Assembly: GCA_038883775.1 (NCBI GenBank)
Contig: JAVZLM010000003.1
Coordinates: 64,001 to 128,000, forward strand
Direction of reading: 5' to 3'
DNA length: 64,000 nucleotides
From: Candidatus Bathyarchaeia archaeon
GTDB lineage: Archaea > Thermoproteota > Bathyarchaeia > Bathyarchaeales > Bathycorpusculaceae
The notes under the pieces were generated by a model. The model ran no database searches, was not told the DNA's origin, and saw nothing but the letters and a program-made list of their open reading frames with translations. Positions 45,862 through 55,699 of this stretch are shown here, piece by piece. The stretch's first letter is position 1; each line of letters opens with the position of its first letter. Both the position numbers and the translations under genes were made by a program.

Positions 45862-48800
45862 ATGGCTGCTGAAGAAGTAGTTCACAAAGTTATAGACGGC
45901 ATCCATTTCAGCTTATTCTCTCCCCAAGATGTGCGCAAACTTTCAGTTGTGGAAATTCAAACGCCAGACACTTATGATGAAGATGGCGCCCCAATAACAG
46001 CGGGACTTATGGACGGCAGGCTTGGAACTCTTGAGCCGAGACAAAGATGCAAAACATGTGGAAACACGGCAATCCGCTGTCCGGGGCATTTCGGTCATAT
46101 CGAGCTTGCGGTTCCAATAATCCACATTGAATTCACAAAACTAATCTATGAACTTTTAAAATCCACATGCCGCAACTGTGGGCGCATATTGCTTCCAGAC
46201 GAAACCATAAAGCGGGCTCGAGCCAGAATCGAGAAGACCCGTCAACTTTTGGGCATGGTTCCAGACGAAGTTTACAAATCCATAACGCAAGAAATAAAGA
46301 CGAAACAGTGCCCCCATTGTGGAGCAGTTCAATATAAAATAGTTTTTGAAAAACCAACAAAATTCAGTGAGCAAATTCCCGAAAGCGGTTCAGAACCATT
46401 AACGCCAAGCATGATTAGGGAAAGAATGGAGCGCATACCAGACGAGGACCTTGAAATTTTAGGTTTCAATCCAAAAGCAGCCCGTCCAGAATGGATGATT
46501 CTTCAAGTTTTGCCCGTGCCACCAGTTTACGTTCGCCCATCCATAACGCTGGAATCTGGCATTCGTTCAGAGGATGATTTAACCCACAAACTTGTGGACA
46601 TAATCCGCATCAATCAGAGGCTTAAGGAGAACATGGATGCTGGCGCTCCAACCCTTATAATTCAAGACTTGTCAGAACTTCTGCAATATCACGTTACAAC
46701 ATACTTCAACAATGAAGCTTCAGGCATACCGCCGGCAAGGCATCGCTCTGGAAGGGCATTGAAAACGTTATCTCAAAGGCTTAAGGGAAAAGAAGGCAGA
46801 TTCAGAAGCAACCTCTCTGGAAAAAGGGTTGACTTTTCAGCCAGAACAGTTGTTTCTCCAGACCCAAACCTTGACATAAGCGAAGTTGGCGTCCCCATAG
46901 AAGTTGCCATGCGCCTATCCGTGCCAGAAAAAGTAACAGAATGGAACCTTGAAGACATGCGCCAACTTGTTAAAAATGGACCAGAAAAATATCCAGGCGC
47001 CCTCTACATTATAAGACCAGACGGCAAGCGCATAAGACTTGAATTTGTAACTGACAGGGAAAAGATTGCAGAAGCTTTAATGCCAGGATTCATTGTTGAA
47101 AGACACCTCAAGAATGGTGACATAGCCATATTTAACCGTCAACCTTCCCTCCACCGCATGTCAATAATGGCTCACCGCGTCCGTGTCTTGCCATACAAAA
47201 CGTTTCGCTTGCACTTGTGTGTTTGTCCACCCTACAATGCGGATTTTGATGGAGACGAAATGAACCTTCACATTCCGCAGAGCGAAGAAGCCAGAACAGA
47301 AGCGCTTCTGCTGATGCAGGTTCAAGACCAAATTCTTTCGCCAAGATTTGGAGGTCCAATAATAGGAGCCATCCGAGACTTCATAACAGCCGCATATCTC
47401 TTCACAAGGAAAACAAACTACCTAACAAAAGAGGAAGTAAGCAGGCTTCTCATGGCAGCCGGCTATGATGGACCCCTACCAGAGCCCAAAATTAAAGAGC
47501 CCCAGCCGCTTTGGACTGGCAAACAAATTTTCAGTCTCTTCTTGCCAAAGGATATGAATTACGTTTTGAAGGCAAACATTTGCCAGGGATGCGCAAAATG
47601 TGAAGAAGAAAACTGTAAGTATGATGCTTATGTTGTTGTTAAAAATGGCGAACTCATAAGCGGCGTCATAGATAGGCGTTCCATAGGCGCTGAACAATCA
47701 GAAAGCCTCTTGCACAGGATAATTAAAGATTATGGAACCCAAGCGGGACGCGAATTCCTAAACAAAATAACAAGACTGTTAAAGCTTTTCATCACCATGC
47801 GAGGCTTCACATACTCCTACGATGAGCTTGTCTTATCCTCCAAAGCTGAAAGCAAAATAAACAAAACCATGGAAAAAGTTCAAAAGAAAGTAGAAGAGCT
47901 TATAGAAAGCTACCGTAAAGGCACATTACCAAGGCTTCCTGGACAAACCCTAGAAGACTCCTTTGAAATTTATGTCATGAACGAGCTTGCAAAAGCCAGG
48001 GATGATGCTGGAAAAATTGCTGACGAAGACTTCACATTGGAAAATGCTGGCATAGTCATGACAAGAACAGGCGCAAGAGGTTCAAGCCTAAACATTGGAC
48101 AAATGAGCGCCTGCATTGGGCAACAGTCAGTTCGTGGAAAAAGAATACTTCGCGGATATGTGGGTAGAGCCTTACCCCACTTTAAGTTTGGCGACCCAAG
48201 CCCAAAGGCGAGGGGTTTCGTTTACTCTTCATACCAGAAGGGATTAGATGCCATTGAATTCTTCTTCCATGCCATGGGTGGACGAGAAGGCTTGGTGGAC
48301 ACAGCTGTTAGAACACAACAAAGCGGTTACATGCAAAGGCGACTCATTAACGCTTTGGAGCACATACGCCTAGAATATGACGGAACAGTTAGAAACTCGG
48401 CAGGCGACATAATCCAATTTAGATATGGCGAAGATGGGGTTGACCCAGCCAAAAGCGACCATGGAAAAGCCGTTAACGTAAGCCGCCTAGTAGAACAGTT
48501 CAAAATTGCAGAAGAAAAGGGCAAACCAGCCCCAGCAGAATATATTAAAGAAAAGCTGGAAGAGGTCAAAGACCAGCTTACACCATTGCTCATAGAAGAA
48601 CTCCAACAAAGCCTAGCCAAGGCAAAACTGAGCAAGGCAGGCGTTGACAAAGCCATCCAACTAACCGTTGAACATTATAAGCGTGCCCTAATGGAGCCAG
48701 GCGAAGCCGTTGGCATAGTAGCAGCCCAATCTATCGGAGAACCAGGCACACAAATGACCTTAAGAACCTTCCATTATGCTGGTGTTAGAGAACAAAACGT

Positions 48801-49683
48801 AACCTTAGGTTTGCCGAGGCTTATAGAAATTGTTGATGCGAGGAGAATTCCTTCCACACCCATAATGACAATTTACCTAACAGGCGAACATAAGAAAAGC
48901 AGAGAAGCGGCAGTGAAAATTGCGCGAAACATCCTTTACACAACTCTGGAGGATTTGGCTGAAACCGTTTATGAAGACCCCATGCATGAGGAAATAGTTG
49001 TGGAGCTTAACAAGGCAATGATGGAAGACCGAGGCGTTTCAATTCAAGAGTTGAAAGAGAAACTGCAGATACAAAACTGCACCATAAAAATAAGGGGTAA
49101 CAGAATCCACATAAAGCCAAAAAAGGCCGAAGCCCTCAAGAAACTTTTAGACAAAGTTTCCTCATTCTATATTAAGGGAATTCCAGGCATAAAGCGGGTT
49201 TTAATCACAGAAGAACATGGAGAATGGGTTATACGCACCGACGGTTCCAATCTGCCAAAAGTCTTAGAAATCGGCGGAGTAGACACATCCAGAACAACAA
49301 CAAACAATGTTCATGAAATAGCCAAAACCTTAGGAATAGAAGCCGCCAGAAACGCCCTAATCCACGAGTCAAAAGGAGTATTGGAAGACCAAGGTTTGGA
49401 TGTTGACATCCGCCACGTCATGCTTGTTGCTGACATGATGACATCCACTGGCGAGGTGCAACAGATAGGGCGCCACGGAATAAGCGGCAAAAAATCAAGT
49501 GTTCTGGCTAGGGCTGCCTTTGAGATAACTGTTCCAAACATTGTTGATGCAGCTATAAAAGGCGAAAGTGACCCCTTAGAAGGCGTTACCGAAAACGTTA
49601 TTGTTGGGCAATCCATACCTATCGGCACGGGACTTGTTGAATTATTCATGTCCACGGTGGACTTGGGAAGTGAGAACAAATGA
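45862..49683 (+). CDS. rpoA: DNA-directed RNA polymerase subunit A (fused A'+A'')
   Basis: YNADFDGDEMN, then in the same ORF the A'' motifs AAQSIGEPGTQMTLRTFH and LARAAFE. Confidence 0.97.
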   Translation: MAAEEVVHKVIDGIHFSLFSPQDVRKLSVVEIQTPDTYDEDGAPITAGLMDGRLGTLEPRQRCKTCGNTAIRCPGHFGHIELAVPIIHIEFTKLIYELLKSTCRNCGRILLPDETIKRARARIEKTRQLLGMVPDEVYKSITQEIKTKQCPHCGAVQYKIVFEKPTKFSEQIPESGSEPLTPSMIRERMERIPDEDLEILGFNPKAARPEWMILQVLPVPPVYVRPSITLESGIRSEDDLTHKLVDIIRINQRLKENMDAGAPTLIIQDLSELLQYHVTTYFNNEASGIPPARHRSGRALKTLSQRLKGKEGRFRSNLSGKRVDFSARTVVSPDPNLDISEVGVPIEVAMRLSVPEKVTEWNLEDMRQLVKNGPEKYPGALYIIRPDGKRIRLEFVTDREKIAEALMPGFIVERHLKNGDIAIFNRQPSLHRMSIMAHRVRVLPYKTFRLHLCVCPPYNADFDGDEMNLHIPQSEEARTEALLLMQVQDQILSPRFGGPIIGAIRDFITAAYLFTRKTNYLTKEEVSRLLMAAGYDGPLPEPKIKEPQPLWTGKQIFSLFLPKDMNYVLKANICQGCAKCEEENCKYDAYVVVKNGELISGVIDRRSIGAEQSESLLHRIIKDYGTQAGREFLNKITRLLKLFITMRGFTYSYDELVLSSKAESKINKTMEKVQKKVEELIESYRKGTLPRLPGQTLEDSFEIYVMNELAKARDDAGKIADEDFTLENAGIVMTRTGARGSSLNIGQMSACIGQQSVRGKRILRGYVGRALPHFKFGDPSPKARGFVYSSYQKGLDAIEFFFHAMGGREGLVDTAVRTQQSGYMQRRLINALEHIRLEYDGTVRNSAGDIIQFRYGEDGVDPAKSDHGKAVNVSRLVEQFKIAEEKGKPAPAEYIKEKLEEVKDQLTPLLIEELQQSLAKAKLSKAGVDKAIQLTVEHYKRALMEPGEAVGIVAAQSIGEPGTQMTLRTFHYAGVREQNVTLGLPRLIEIVDARRIPSTPIMTIYLTGEHKKSREAAVKIARNILYTTLEDLAETVYEDPMHEEIVVELNKAMMEDRGVSIQELKEKLQIQNCTIKIRGNRIHIKPKKAEALKKLLDKVSSFYIKGIPGIKRVLITEEHGEWVIRTDGSNLPKVLEIGGVDTSRTTTNNVHEIAKTLGIEAARNALIHESKGVLEDQGLDVDIRHVMLVADMMTSTGEVQQIGRHGISGKKSSVLARAAFEITVPNIVDAAIKGESDPLEGVTENVIVGQSIPIGTGLVELFMSTVDLGSENK

Positions 49684-50015
49684 TAGACTTGGATAAGGCT
49701 ATTGCAACAGCCGTAAAAACTGGCAAAGTAACCTTCGGAGCGAATGCCGCCATCCAAAACGCAAAAACTGGCAAAGCAAAAATGATAATTTTAGCTGCCA
49801 ACTGCCCCAAAACAATACGAGAGGACATTGAATATTATTGTAAGCTTTCAAATGTTCCCCTAATAACATATAAGGGTTCATCCTTAGATTTGGCTTCAAT
49901 TTGTGGAAAACCCTTCACAGTTTCAGCGTTAAGTATAAGAGAACCCGGCGACTCAGAAATTCTCGAACTAACACAAAGCGCTGAATCAGAAGAAACTCAC
50001 GGAGGAAACGAATGA
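49680..50015 (+). CDS. rpl30e: Ribosomal protein L30e
   Basis: AVKTGKVTFG..ILAANCP..LASICGKPFTVS..PGDS. Confidence 0.95.
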   Translation: MIDLDKAIATAVKTGKVTFGANAAIQNAKTGKAKMIILAANCPKTIREDIEYYCKLSNVPLITYKGSSLDLASICGKPFTVSALSIREPGDSEILELTQSAESEETHGGNE

Positions 50016-50449
50016 CAAGCGGAATAAAATTCACAAGCACAGAAATGCGCTACATAGCATTGTTTGAAAGCATAACAGGCGCAAGCGTCAAAGACTGCGT
50101 AGTAGACGAAGAACAGGGACGCGTAATTTTCATAGTTAATGAAGGGCAAGTTGGCGTAGCCATAGGAAAGGGTGGAAGAAACATCCGCACATTAGAGAGA
50201 ATGACTGGGAAAAAGCATGAAATAATAGAGTATTCAGAAGACCCAATCCAATTTATTAAAAACGCCCTAAAACCAGCAACCGTCAAAGAGGTTCGCCTAA
50301 CAGAAAGGCCAGACGGAAAAACCATAGCCGTAGTCTCCGTAAATCCAAGAGACAAAGGAGTAGCCATAGGCAAAAATGGAAGAAACGCCGAGCGCTTGCG
50401 CTTTTTAGCCAAAAGATACTTCCAAATCCAAAACGTTAGCATAACCTAA
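50012..50449 (+). CDS. nusA: Archaeal NusA
   Basis: Two KH domains (AIGKGGRNI, AIGKNGRN); conserved position after rpl30e. Confidence 0.95.
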   Translation: MTSGIKFTSTEMRYIALFESITGASVKDCVVDEEQGRVIFIVNEGQVGVAIGKGGRNIRTLERMTGKKHEIIEYSEDPIQFIKNALKPATVKEVRLTERPDGKTIAVVSVNPRDKGVAIGKNGRNAERLRFLAKRYFQIQNVSIT

Positions 50450-50459
50450 GTGGTTGAAC

Positions 50460-50561
50460 ATGGAGTTTATAGACCAATTTATCGGCAGCCCCCTCCTAAT
50501 TCTCACAGCATTCATAGTTATCGATTTGATAGCCTTCATCTACCATAAAATAAGAAAATAG
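50460..50561 (+). CDS. Small single-TM protein (33 aa, not in the ORF track)
   Basis: MEFIDQFIGSPLLILTAFIVIDLIAFIYHKIRK* fills the gap after nusA. Confidence 0.5.
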   Translation: MEFIDQFIGSPLLILTAFIVIDLIAFIYHKIRK

Positions 50562-50565
50562 CACA

Positions 50566-51147
50566 TCATGTTTCTGTTCTCAAAAGCAACTCTATAAGCG
50601 CCTTCTGGTCAACTTCTGCCCGTGTTCTCCAATCCAAATATAGCTGCTCATTCTCATCCTGCGTTAAATATCCATAACGGATATAACGGTCAATGTTTAA
50701 GCCCACTTTCCATCCCGGAAGTTTATCCCGCAATAGTTCTTCAACCTCTTTTCTTGGCACTTTGCCCTTTTTTGATATTATGTAGGCGATTGTTATGGCT
50801 AACCCTGCCAAATCGTCTATGCGCCATCCTATCATTTTAGCCTCTTTAGGCGTCAAATCCCCCCTTAAAGTGATGTAGAATCTCGCCTTATCCAAATCCT
50901 CCAAAGTTGGCTTTTCCACAGCCTTTTCCTCTTCAAAAACAGTCTTAACCTGCAAATCCAAAACCTTCAAATAATCATCCAAAATCTTCAAAACTTTTGG
51001 ATAATCTGCGCCTAAGGCTTTGCGGAGCTCCCAGCCTTTCACTCCAGGCTTTTTATGTCTTCTATAAAAGAGCATGTGGACTGCCCGTTTTATTTTGCTT
51101 GCGTAATAGCCCTTTCTTTTACTCACTTTAGCTCTCCCCTCTTCCAC
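50566..51147 (-). CDS. Tandem winged-helix (ScpB/KITE-like) protein
   Basis: Third gene of the SMC operon. Two WH-like halves with LDLQV and GYL..LYLDWR wing patterns. Confidence 0.55.
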   Translation of the reverse strand: MEEGRAKVSKRKGYYASKIKRAVHMLFYRRHKKPGVKGWELRKALGADYPKVLKILDDYLKVLDLQVKTVFEEEKAVEKPTLEDLDKARFYITLRGDLTPKEAKMIGWRIDDLAGLAITIAYIISKKGKVPRKEVEELLRDKLPGWKVGLNIDRYIRYGYLTQDENEQLYLDWRTRAEVDQKALIELLLRTET

Positions 51148-51947
51148 TTCGCCCAGTCTTCTGGCGAGACAGTTATGGGAATCGAAACCAACTGTTTCTT
51201 TCTAATTTTTGTTACGGGTTTTTCGTTTGGTTTTATGAAAATTTCCTCTTCCAGTGGGTGAATCTCCAATGTGGCGTATCCATATGTGACTAGGAAACTT
51301 GTCAAAAAGGCTCTATGTACTGTTTCCTCGTAGGTTTCAGCTCCAACAAAATCCCAATAATGAATTTTTCCCTTTTCTCCAACCTTAACTTTCAGTTCCT
51401 GCCAGAAATTTTCAAGCTCCTCTGAAAAGGCTTTGTCCCGCAAAATTCTCTGCCTAATCAGTTCTTCTCTTGTTGCAAGGCTTTTTTCAACTTCTGCTGG
51501 CGGAAAACCCTTCCACCTTTCTTTTAGCGGTAATAAGCTTTGCCAATATCTTGTGGCTTCTGCTATGCTGTGAAGCGAAATTTGCTCCATCTCCACTATT
51601 GGATGCCAAGCCAAGAGGAAAGCGTCAACAATCTCTTCCTTATCTATGCGTGTAAGCTTCTCTTCCAATAGGAATGGGTCCGTATAAAGGGATGTGGAGC
51701 GATGCTTAACCCATTCACTTTGAAGTTTTATAACAGAAGCTAAACGATGTATTGTTTCAGCGTCTAAGCATAGATCTTCTGGATTTTCCCACTCTGGAAA
51801 ATACTCCTTAACTATACCTATTATTTCTTCAACATTTATTAGAAACGGGTCCAGAGAGCGTTCTTCCACAGACTTGCACATTTCTATTATGCGGTGAAGT
51901 TTTTCTCTTCCAATTTTGCTTCGCTCTCTTTTTGATTGTTTCTGCAT
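51123..51947 (-). CDS. Kleisin (ScpA-like) protein
   Basis: LDPFLINV N-terminal motif and AFLTSFLVTYGYATL..EEIFI C-terminal WH. Coupled to the smc stop codon. Confidence 0.6.
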   Translation of the reverse strand: MQKQSKRERSKIGREKLHRIIEMCKSVEERSLDPFLINVEEIIGIVKEYFPEWENPEDLCLDAETIHRLASVIKLQSEWVKHRSTSLYTDPFLLEEKLTRIDKEEIVDAFLLAWHPIVEMEQISLHSIAEATRYWQSLLPLKERWKGFPPAEVEKSLATREELIRQRILRDKAFSEELENFWQELKVKVGEKGKIHYWDFVGAETYEETVHRAFLTSFLVTYGYATLEIHPLEEEIFIKPNEKPVTKIRKKQLVSIPITVSPEDWAKWKRGELK

Positions 51948-53899
51948 TAGGCGGCGACCTCTCTGATTATGGATTTCCCTTCAATGTTCTGAACGGTAAT
52001 TATGTTGGCCTCTTCCTTCGCGAATGTCACTTGGCTCGGTGTTATAACAATGTATTGGACGTTTGCATCCTTAACCGTTGAAATCAAAATTTTTGCAATT
52101 ATTTCGCGGTTCTTGGGGTCCATGTGAATATCGTATTCGTCCACAGCTCTGAAAGGCGAGCGAACATGCTGCTGTAAAGCTAACAAAAAGCTCATGGTTG
52201 CCGTTGTCCTTTCTCCACCACTCTGCGTGTAAGCATCCAGTGGCACTGGTTTGCCGCCTTTAAAGCCAACATCAATTTCTAACCCCGCAGCTTCTATGTC
52301 ATGTCCGTTCACAAGTCTAACTTCGCCGACTGCTTGGGCTTGAGCCAAAATCTTCTGGTACTCCAAATTTACACGGTCAAGGAGGCTTTGGATAACTGTT
52401 CGCCAATTCTGCATTCGCACTTTAACCTCTTCTAAAGCCTTCTCGCGGTTTTCGGCAACCTGCTGTGCCTTCTCTTTCAACTCCAAATAAAGTTTTGAGT
52501 AGGATTCGTACATGCGTTCTATATCCTCTGAAACATCCGCAAGCGCAGCCAAATGTCCATCAGTAACACGAAGCTCATCCAAAATTTCCCCAACACTCTT
52601 TACAACCGCAATTCTTAGACCAGTCTGCTCAGCCCTCGCCAAAGCCTCATTCAAATTCATCCTTGCACTTTTAAGTTCACCTTCAAGCTTATCCAATTCG
52701 GCTTTTAGGTTTTCTCCGCGGTATTGCAACAAAGCCAACTGGATGTGGCTGTCCACAACTTTGTTGCTTATTTTGTCCATGTTTTCTTCCAAAATCTTAG
52801 TTTTGTTCTGGTTCTCGTCGATTTCTTTGTTTAACTTTGAAAATTGCTGGCCAGAGTTTTGCATAAGCTCCCTCAAGTTTTCACTTTTTAGAAGTTTAAA
52901 CTGCGCTTGGTTTTCTTTGATTGTTACGCTTGTTTGGATTGACGGGTTTCCTTTCTCAAGCAGCGCTGCCTCTTTTAGAAGTTGCTCACAAAATGAGACG
53001 ATTGCTTCGTTCCTTGCTTTTTCCCTTTCGAGGCTTAAGCGTTCCGTGAAGAGGGCTTTCCATTCACTTTTTAATTTTTCAAATTCGTCCTGTTGGGCTT
53101 GCAGTTGTTCTTTGGCTATTTTTGTTTCTTCTTCAATTTGATTTAAAGCATCCAACTCTCTTTTCCTTTCAGCCTCTAAACTTTTAACATTCTCTTCCCT
53201 TTTTGCAACCTCAGCCCAGGCGAGTTCCCTCTCCAAGAATCTCCTTTTCGTCTGCAGTTGCTTCTTTGTTTGATATCTTTCGTACTGTTCCCTCCAATAA
53301 TTAAGTGTCTGCTCAACTGACTCTAAAAGCTTGTTTATGGAGTCTTCTTGGCTTAATATTCGGGTTAACTTTTTCTGTGCATCCAAAACGTTTTGGCGGT
53401 AAGGCTCCAGCCCCACAGCTGCCTCAACCATTCGCAGCTTTTCCTGTTGAGAAAGCACTGTGAACTGTTCAACCATGTTTTGATGCATTATTATAAGCAT
53501 GTTTTCTGGGTCAACACCCAACTTTGACAATAGTCTTTCCACATCAGTTTTTGTGGCAGCCCTATTCTCTAATTCAAACCAGTATTTACCATCCTTGCGC
53601 AAAACTCGGGTTAGGAAAATTTGGTCCTTATTAAATTTCGGAACGGGGCGCCTTCCACCCCTCTTCCTATTATCCAATATAAGCGTAACACGGGCTTGGT
53701 CTTTGCCCCAACGAATCAAATCGCTCAACTTTCTAGAGCGTTCAGTATAGGATTGTCCAAGGGCTACGGAAATAGCCAACAAAAGCGAAGACTTTCCAGA
53801 ACCATTTGGTCCGCAAATTACGTTTACTCCAGACTTAAAGGGTACCCTAGCATACTCGTAACTCATGAAGTTTTCGAGGATTACTTCGCTTATCAGCAT
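51947..53899 (-). CDS. Short SMC-family ATPase, Smc5/6-like
   Basis: LENFMSY, GPNGSGKSS, coiled coil, QSGGERTTATMSFLLALQ..SPFRAVDEYDIHMDPKN, ITP. Confidence 0.85.
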   Translation of the reverse strand: MLISEVILENFMSYEYARVPFKSGVNVICGPNGSGKSSLLLAISVALGQSYTERSRKLSDLIRWGKDQARVTLILDNRKRGGRRPVPKFNKDQIFLTRVLRKDGKYWFELENRAATKTDVERLLSKLGVDPENMLIIMHQNMVEQFTVLSQQEKLRMVEAAVGLEPYRQNVLDAQKKLTRILSQEDSINKLLESVEQTLNYWREQYERYQTKKQLQTKRRFLERELAWAEVAKREENVKSLEAERKRELDALNQIEEETKIAKEQLQAQQDEFEKLKSEWKALFTERLSLEREKARNEAIVSFCEQLLKEAALLEKGNPSIQTSVTIKENQAQFKLLKSENLRELMQNSGQQFSKLNKEIDENQNKTKILEENMDKISNKVVDSHIQLALLQYRGENLKAELDKLEGELKSARMNLNEALARAEQTGLRIAVVKSVGEILDELRVTDGHLAALADVSEDIERMYESYSKLYLELKEKAQQVAENREKALEEVKVRMQNWRTVIQSLLDRVNLEYQKILAQAQAVGEVRLVNGHDIEAAGLEIDVGFKGGKPVPLDAYTQSGGERTTATMSFLLALQQHVRSPFRAVDEYDIHMDPKNREIIAKILISTVKDANVQYIVITPSQVTFAKEEANIITVQNIEGKSIIREVAA

Positions 53900-54019
53900 T
53901 TAAGCCCTTAGCCTCTCTTTGCGGTAAATAATAGAGGTGAAAACTCTCTTATTAAAGAATTAGCCAATTTATAATTAAAGCTCAAATCAAATTATGATAA
54001 GAATTTGACTAGTTGAAGG

Positions 54020-54259
54020 CTAAACTGAATGGGTTTTTCTTTGCGCTTTCATCTCCAGCAACCATTCCTTGGCTAGTTCTTTTGGAAAATCGTCAAACAT
54101 TCTCTTTAACACGGTTATTGGCAGTTTTCCGAGGGGTTTTTGGCAAACAGCACATTTAAGCCTCAAATGTGTTTCTTCAATGGTCAAAAGCGGAGAATTG
54201 CAATAAGGGCAAAACAAAATTCCCTCTTTATAAATGGGTGATTTTAACTTATTTTCCAC
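54020..54259 (-). CDS. Zn-ribbon protein
   Basis: CPYC..CAVC; overlaps the upstream NTase gene. Confidence 0.7.
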   Translation of the reverse strand: MENKLKSPIYKEGILFCPYCNSPLLTIEETHLRLKCAVCQKPLGKLPITVLKRMFDDFPKELAKEWLLEMKAQRKTHSV

Positions 54260-54798
54260 TTTAAACCCTCTCTATAATATTCTATTAAGTGTGATAGTTT
54301 TTCCTCTTTAGCCCTTTTAGTTAAATATTCCCAGTCTATTTTATCATGCATGTTAAGCAAAACGGACATTACGTCTGAAAAATCGAACGTGTCTGGTCTT
54401 CTGGCTTTTAGTTTAGTTATTATATAATCTTCTGGACATGGAACAGGTATCGTTAAATCGTCAACTTTCACTTTTCTAATGCGTTTTAAGGATTCTTGAT
54501 TTAACCCAACAGTTTTCAAAGATAGAAGAATATCTACCCCTGTTTTAGTCACATTGTCAATAAACTTTAGCACGTTTTTTCCATCATAATACAAAACGTA
54601 CCTATTAGCTAAAATTTGGTGTAATCTCTCTTTATCTTTGTGCGAGACAAGTACAACGTCTATGTCTGCGGATGTTCTGGGTCTACCGTAGAAATGTATT
54701 GGTATAGCTCCTATAACCATATATTTTACTCTATACTTTTTTAGTCTTTCAATTAAATCTTTTAGGCATAGTTTAACTTGTTCTGGTATGTGGCTCAT
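54244..54798 (-). CDS. Nucleotidyltransferase-family protein
   Basis: YMVIGA..YGRPRTSADIDVV, PEDYIITKL..DFSDV. Start taken at MSHIPE. Confidence 0.8.
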   Translation of the reverse strand: MSHIPEQVKLCLKDLIERLKKYRVKYMVIGAIPIHFYGRPRTSADIDVVLVSHKDKERLHQILANRYVLYYDGKNVLKFIDNVTKTGVDILLSLKTVGLNQESLKRIRKVKVDDLTIPVPCPEDYIITKLKARRPDTFDFSDVMSVLLNMHDKIDWEYLTKRAKEEKLSHLIEYYREGLKWKIS

Positions 54799-54953
54799 GG
54801 CTGTCCAGAATTTTAGGCTGGAAGAATGATATAAGCGTTCTAAGCTTAAACTTATTATTGACCTAGAGTAAATGGTCAACTGCTGAGAAGAAAGGAAAGG
54901 CAAGTTAAATTAATCTTAAACTTCTTAAGCAGATACCATATATTCAAAAGTAG

Positions 54954-55655
54954 GTGAAAAGTGTGGTTGTTGCTGGTAAGGTTTTTAGGCTTTCTGAACC
55001 GCTTTCCATAGCTGAGATTGCTTCGGAGCTTGAGGGTTATCGTGTTGAAGAGGCTTATGAGGAGGGTGACTACAAGTTTACCCTTGTAAGCGAGGTTGTT
55101 GGGCTTCTGCCAAAGCCTAAAGAGAACATGCTTAGGGGCGTTTACTCGCATGATTATGTTATTCACGTTTTTCATAGGGGTAAGATGGCGCCTTTGCCAC
55201 GCACTATTGAGGCTGTTTTCAGTTTTGCCCAGCATGAAGATAACACTTTCTTAACAATTGTTGAGAAGAAGCGCCTAGCCAATTTCATAGCCAACAAGCT
55301 TAGCGAAATCATTTTCGAAAAGGTTGGCGGCATAGTTGAAGCCAGAATTCCGCCCGAAACCTTGAGGGAGTTTCACTTGAAAAATCCTGAGGATACTAAA
55401 ATCACTTTTTTTGACAATGTGGATATTCCAAATGTGAATAAGCTTTCGCTTTATGGTCCAGATTTGATTAACACTTCGCTTTTCGAAGACTATTGCAAGC
55501 ATGGCGACTTATGGTATGTGGTGGCTAGGGCTAGGGAATATGGCTATGTTGTTGGCATAACAAGAGACGCTTCTGTGACGATTTTTAATTTGACTGATAA
55601 GGAAAAGTATTTGGAGTATGTGGCGAAAGAAGTTTACAAACTAATAATGAAATGA
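54954..55655 (+). CDS. Hypothetical protein
   Basis: 233-aa ORF with typical codon usage; no motif recognised. Confidence 0.75.
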   Translation: MKSVVVAGKVFRLSEPLSIAEIASELEGYRVEEAYEEGDYKFTLVSEVVGLLPKPKENMLRGVYSHDYVIHVFHRGKMAPLPRTIEAVFSFAQHEDNTFLTIVEKKRLANFIANKLSEIIFEKVGGIVEARIPPETLREFHLKNPEDTKITFFDNVDIPNVNKLSLYGPDLINTSLFEDYCKHGDLWYVVARAREYGYVVGITRDASVTIFNLTDKEKYLEYVAKEVYKLIMK

Positions 55656-55699
55656 AAGCAAAACATACCTCATTGCAAATTTGTGAGCACGGATAATCA

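Noticed and set aside
51947-53899. Rad50/SbcC or a Wadjet defence system
   Set aside because: No CxxC hook, no Mre11 or JetD/Toprim nuclease adjacent, and the Walker B/D-loop reads DEYDIHMD rather than DEPT.
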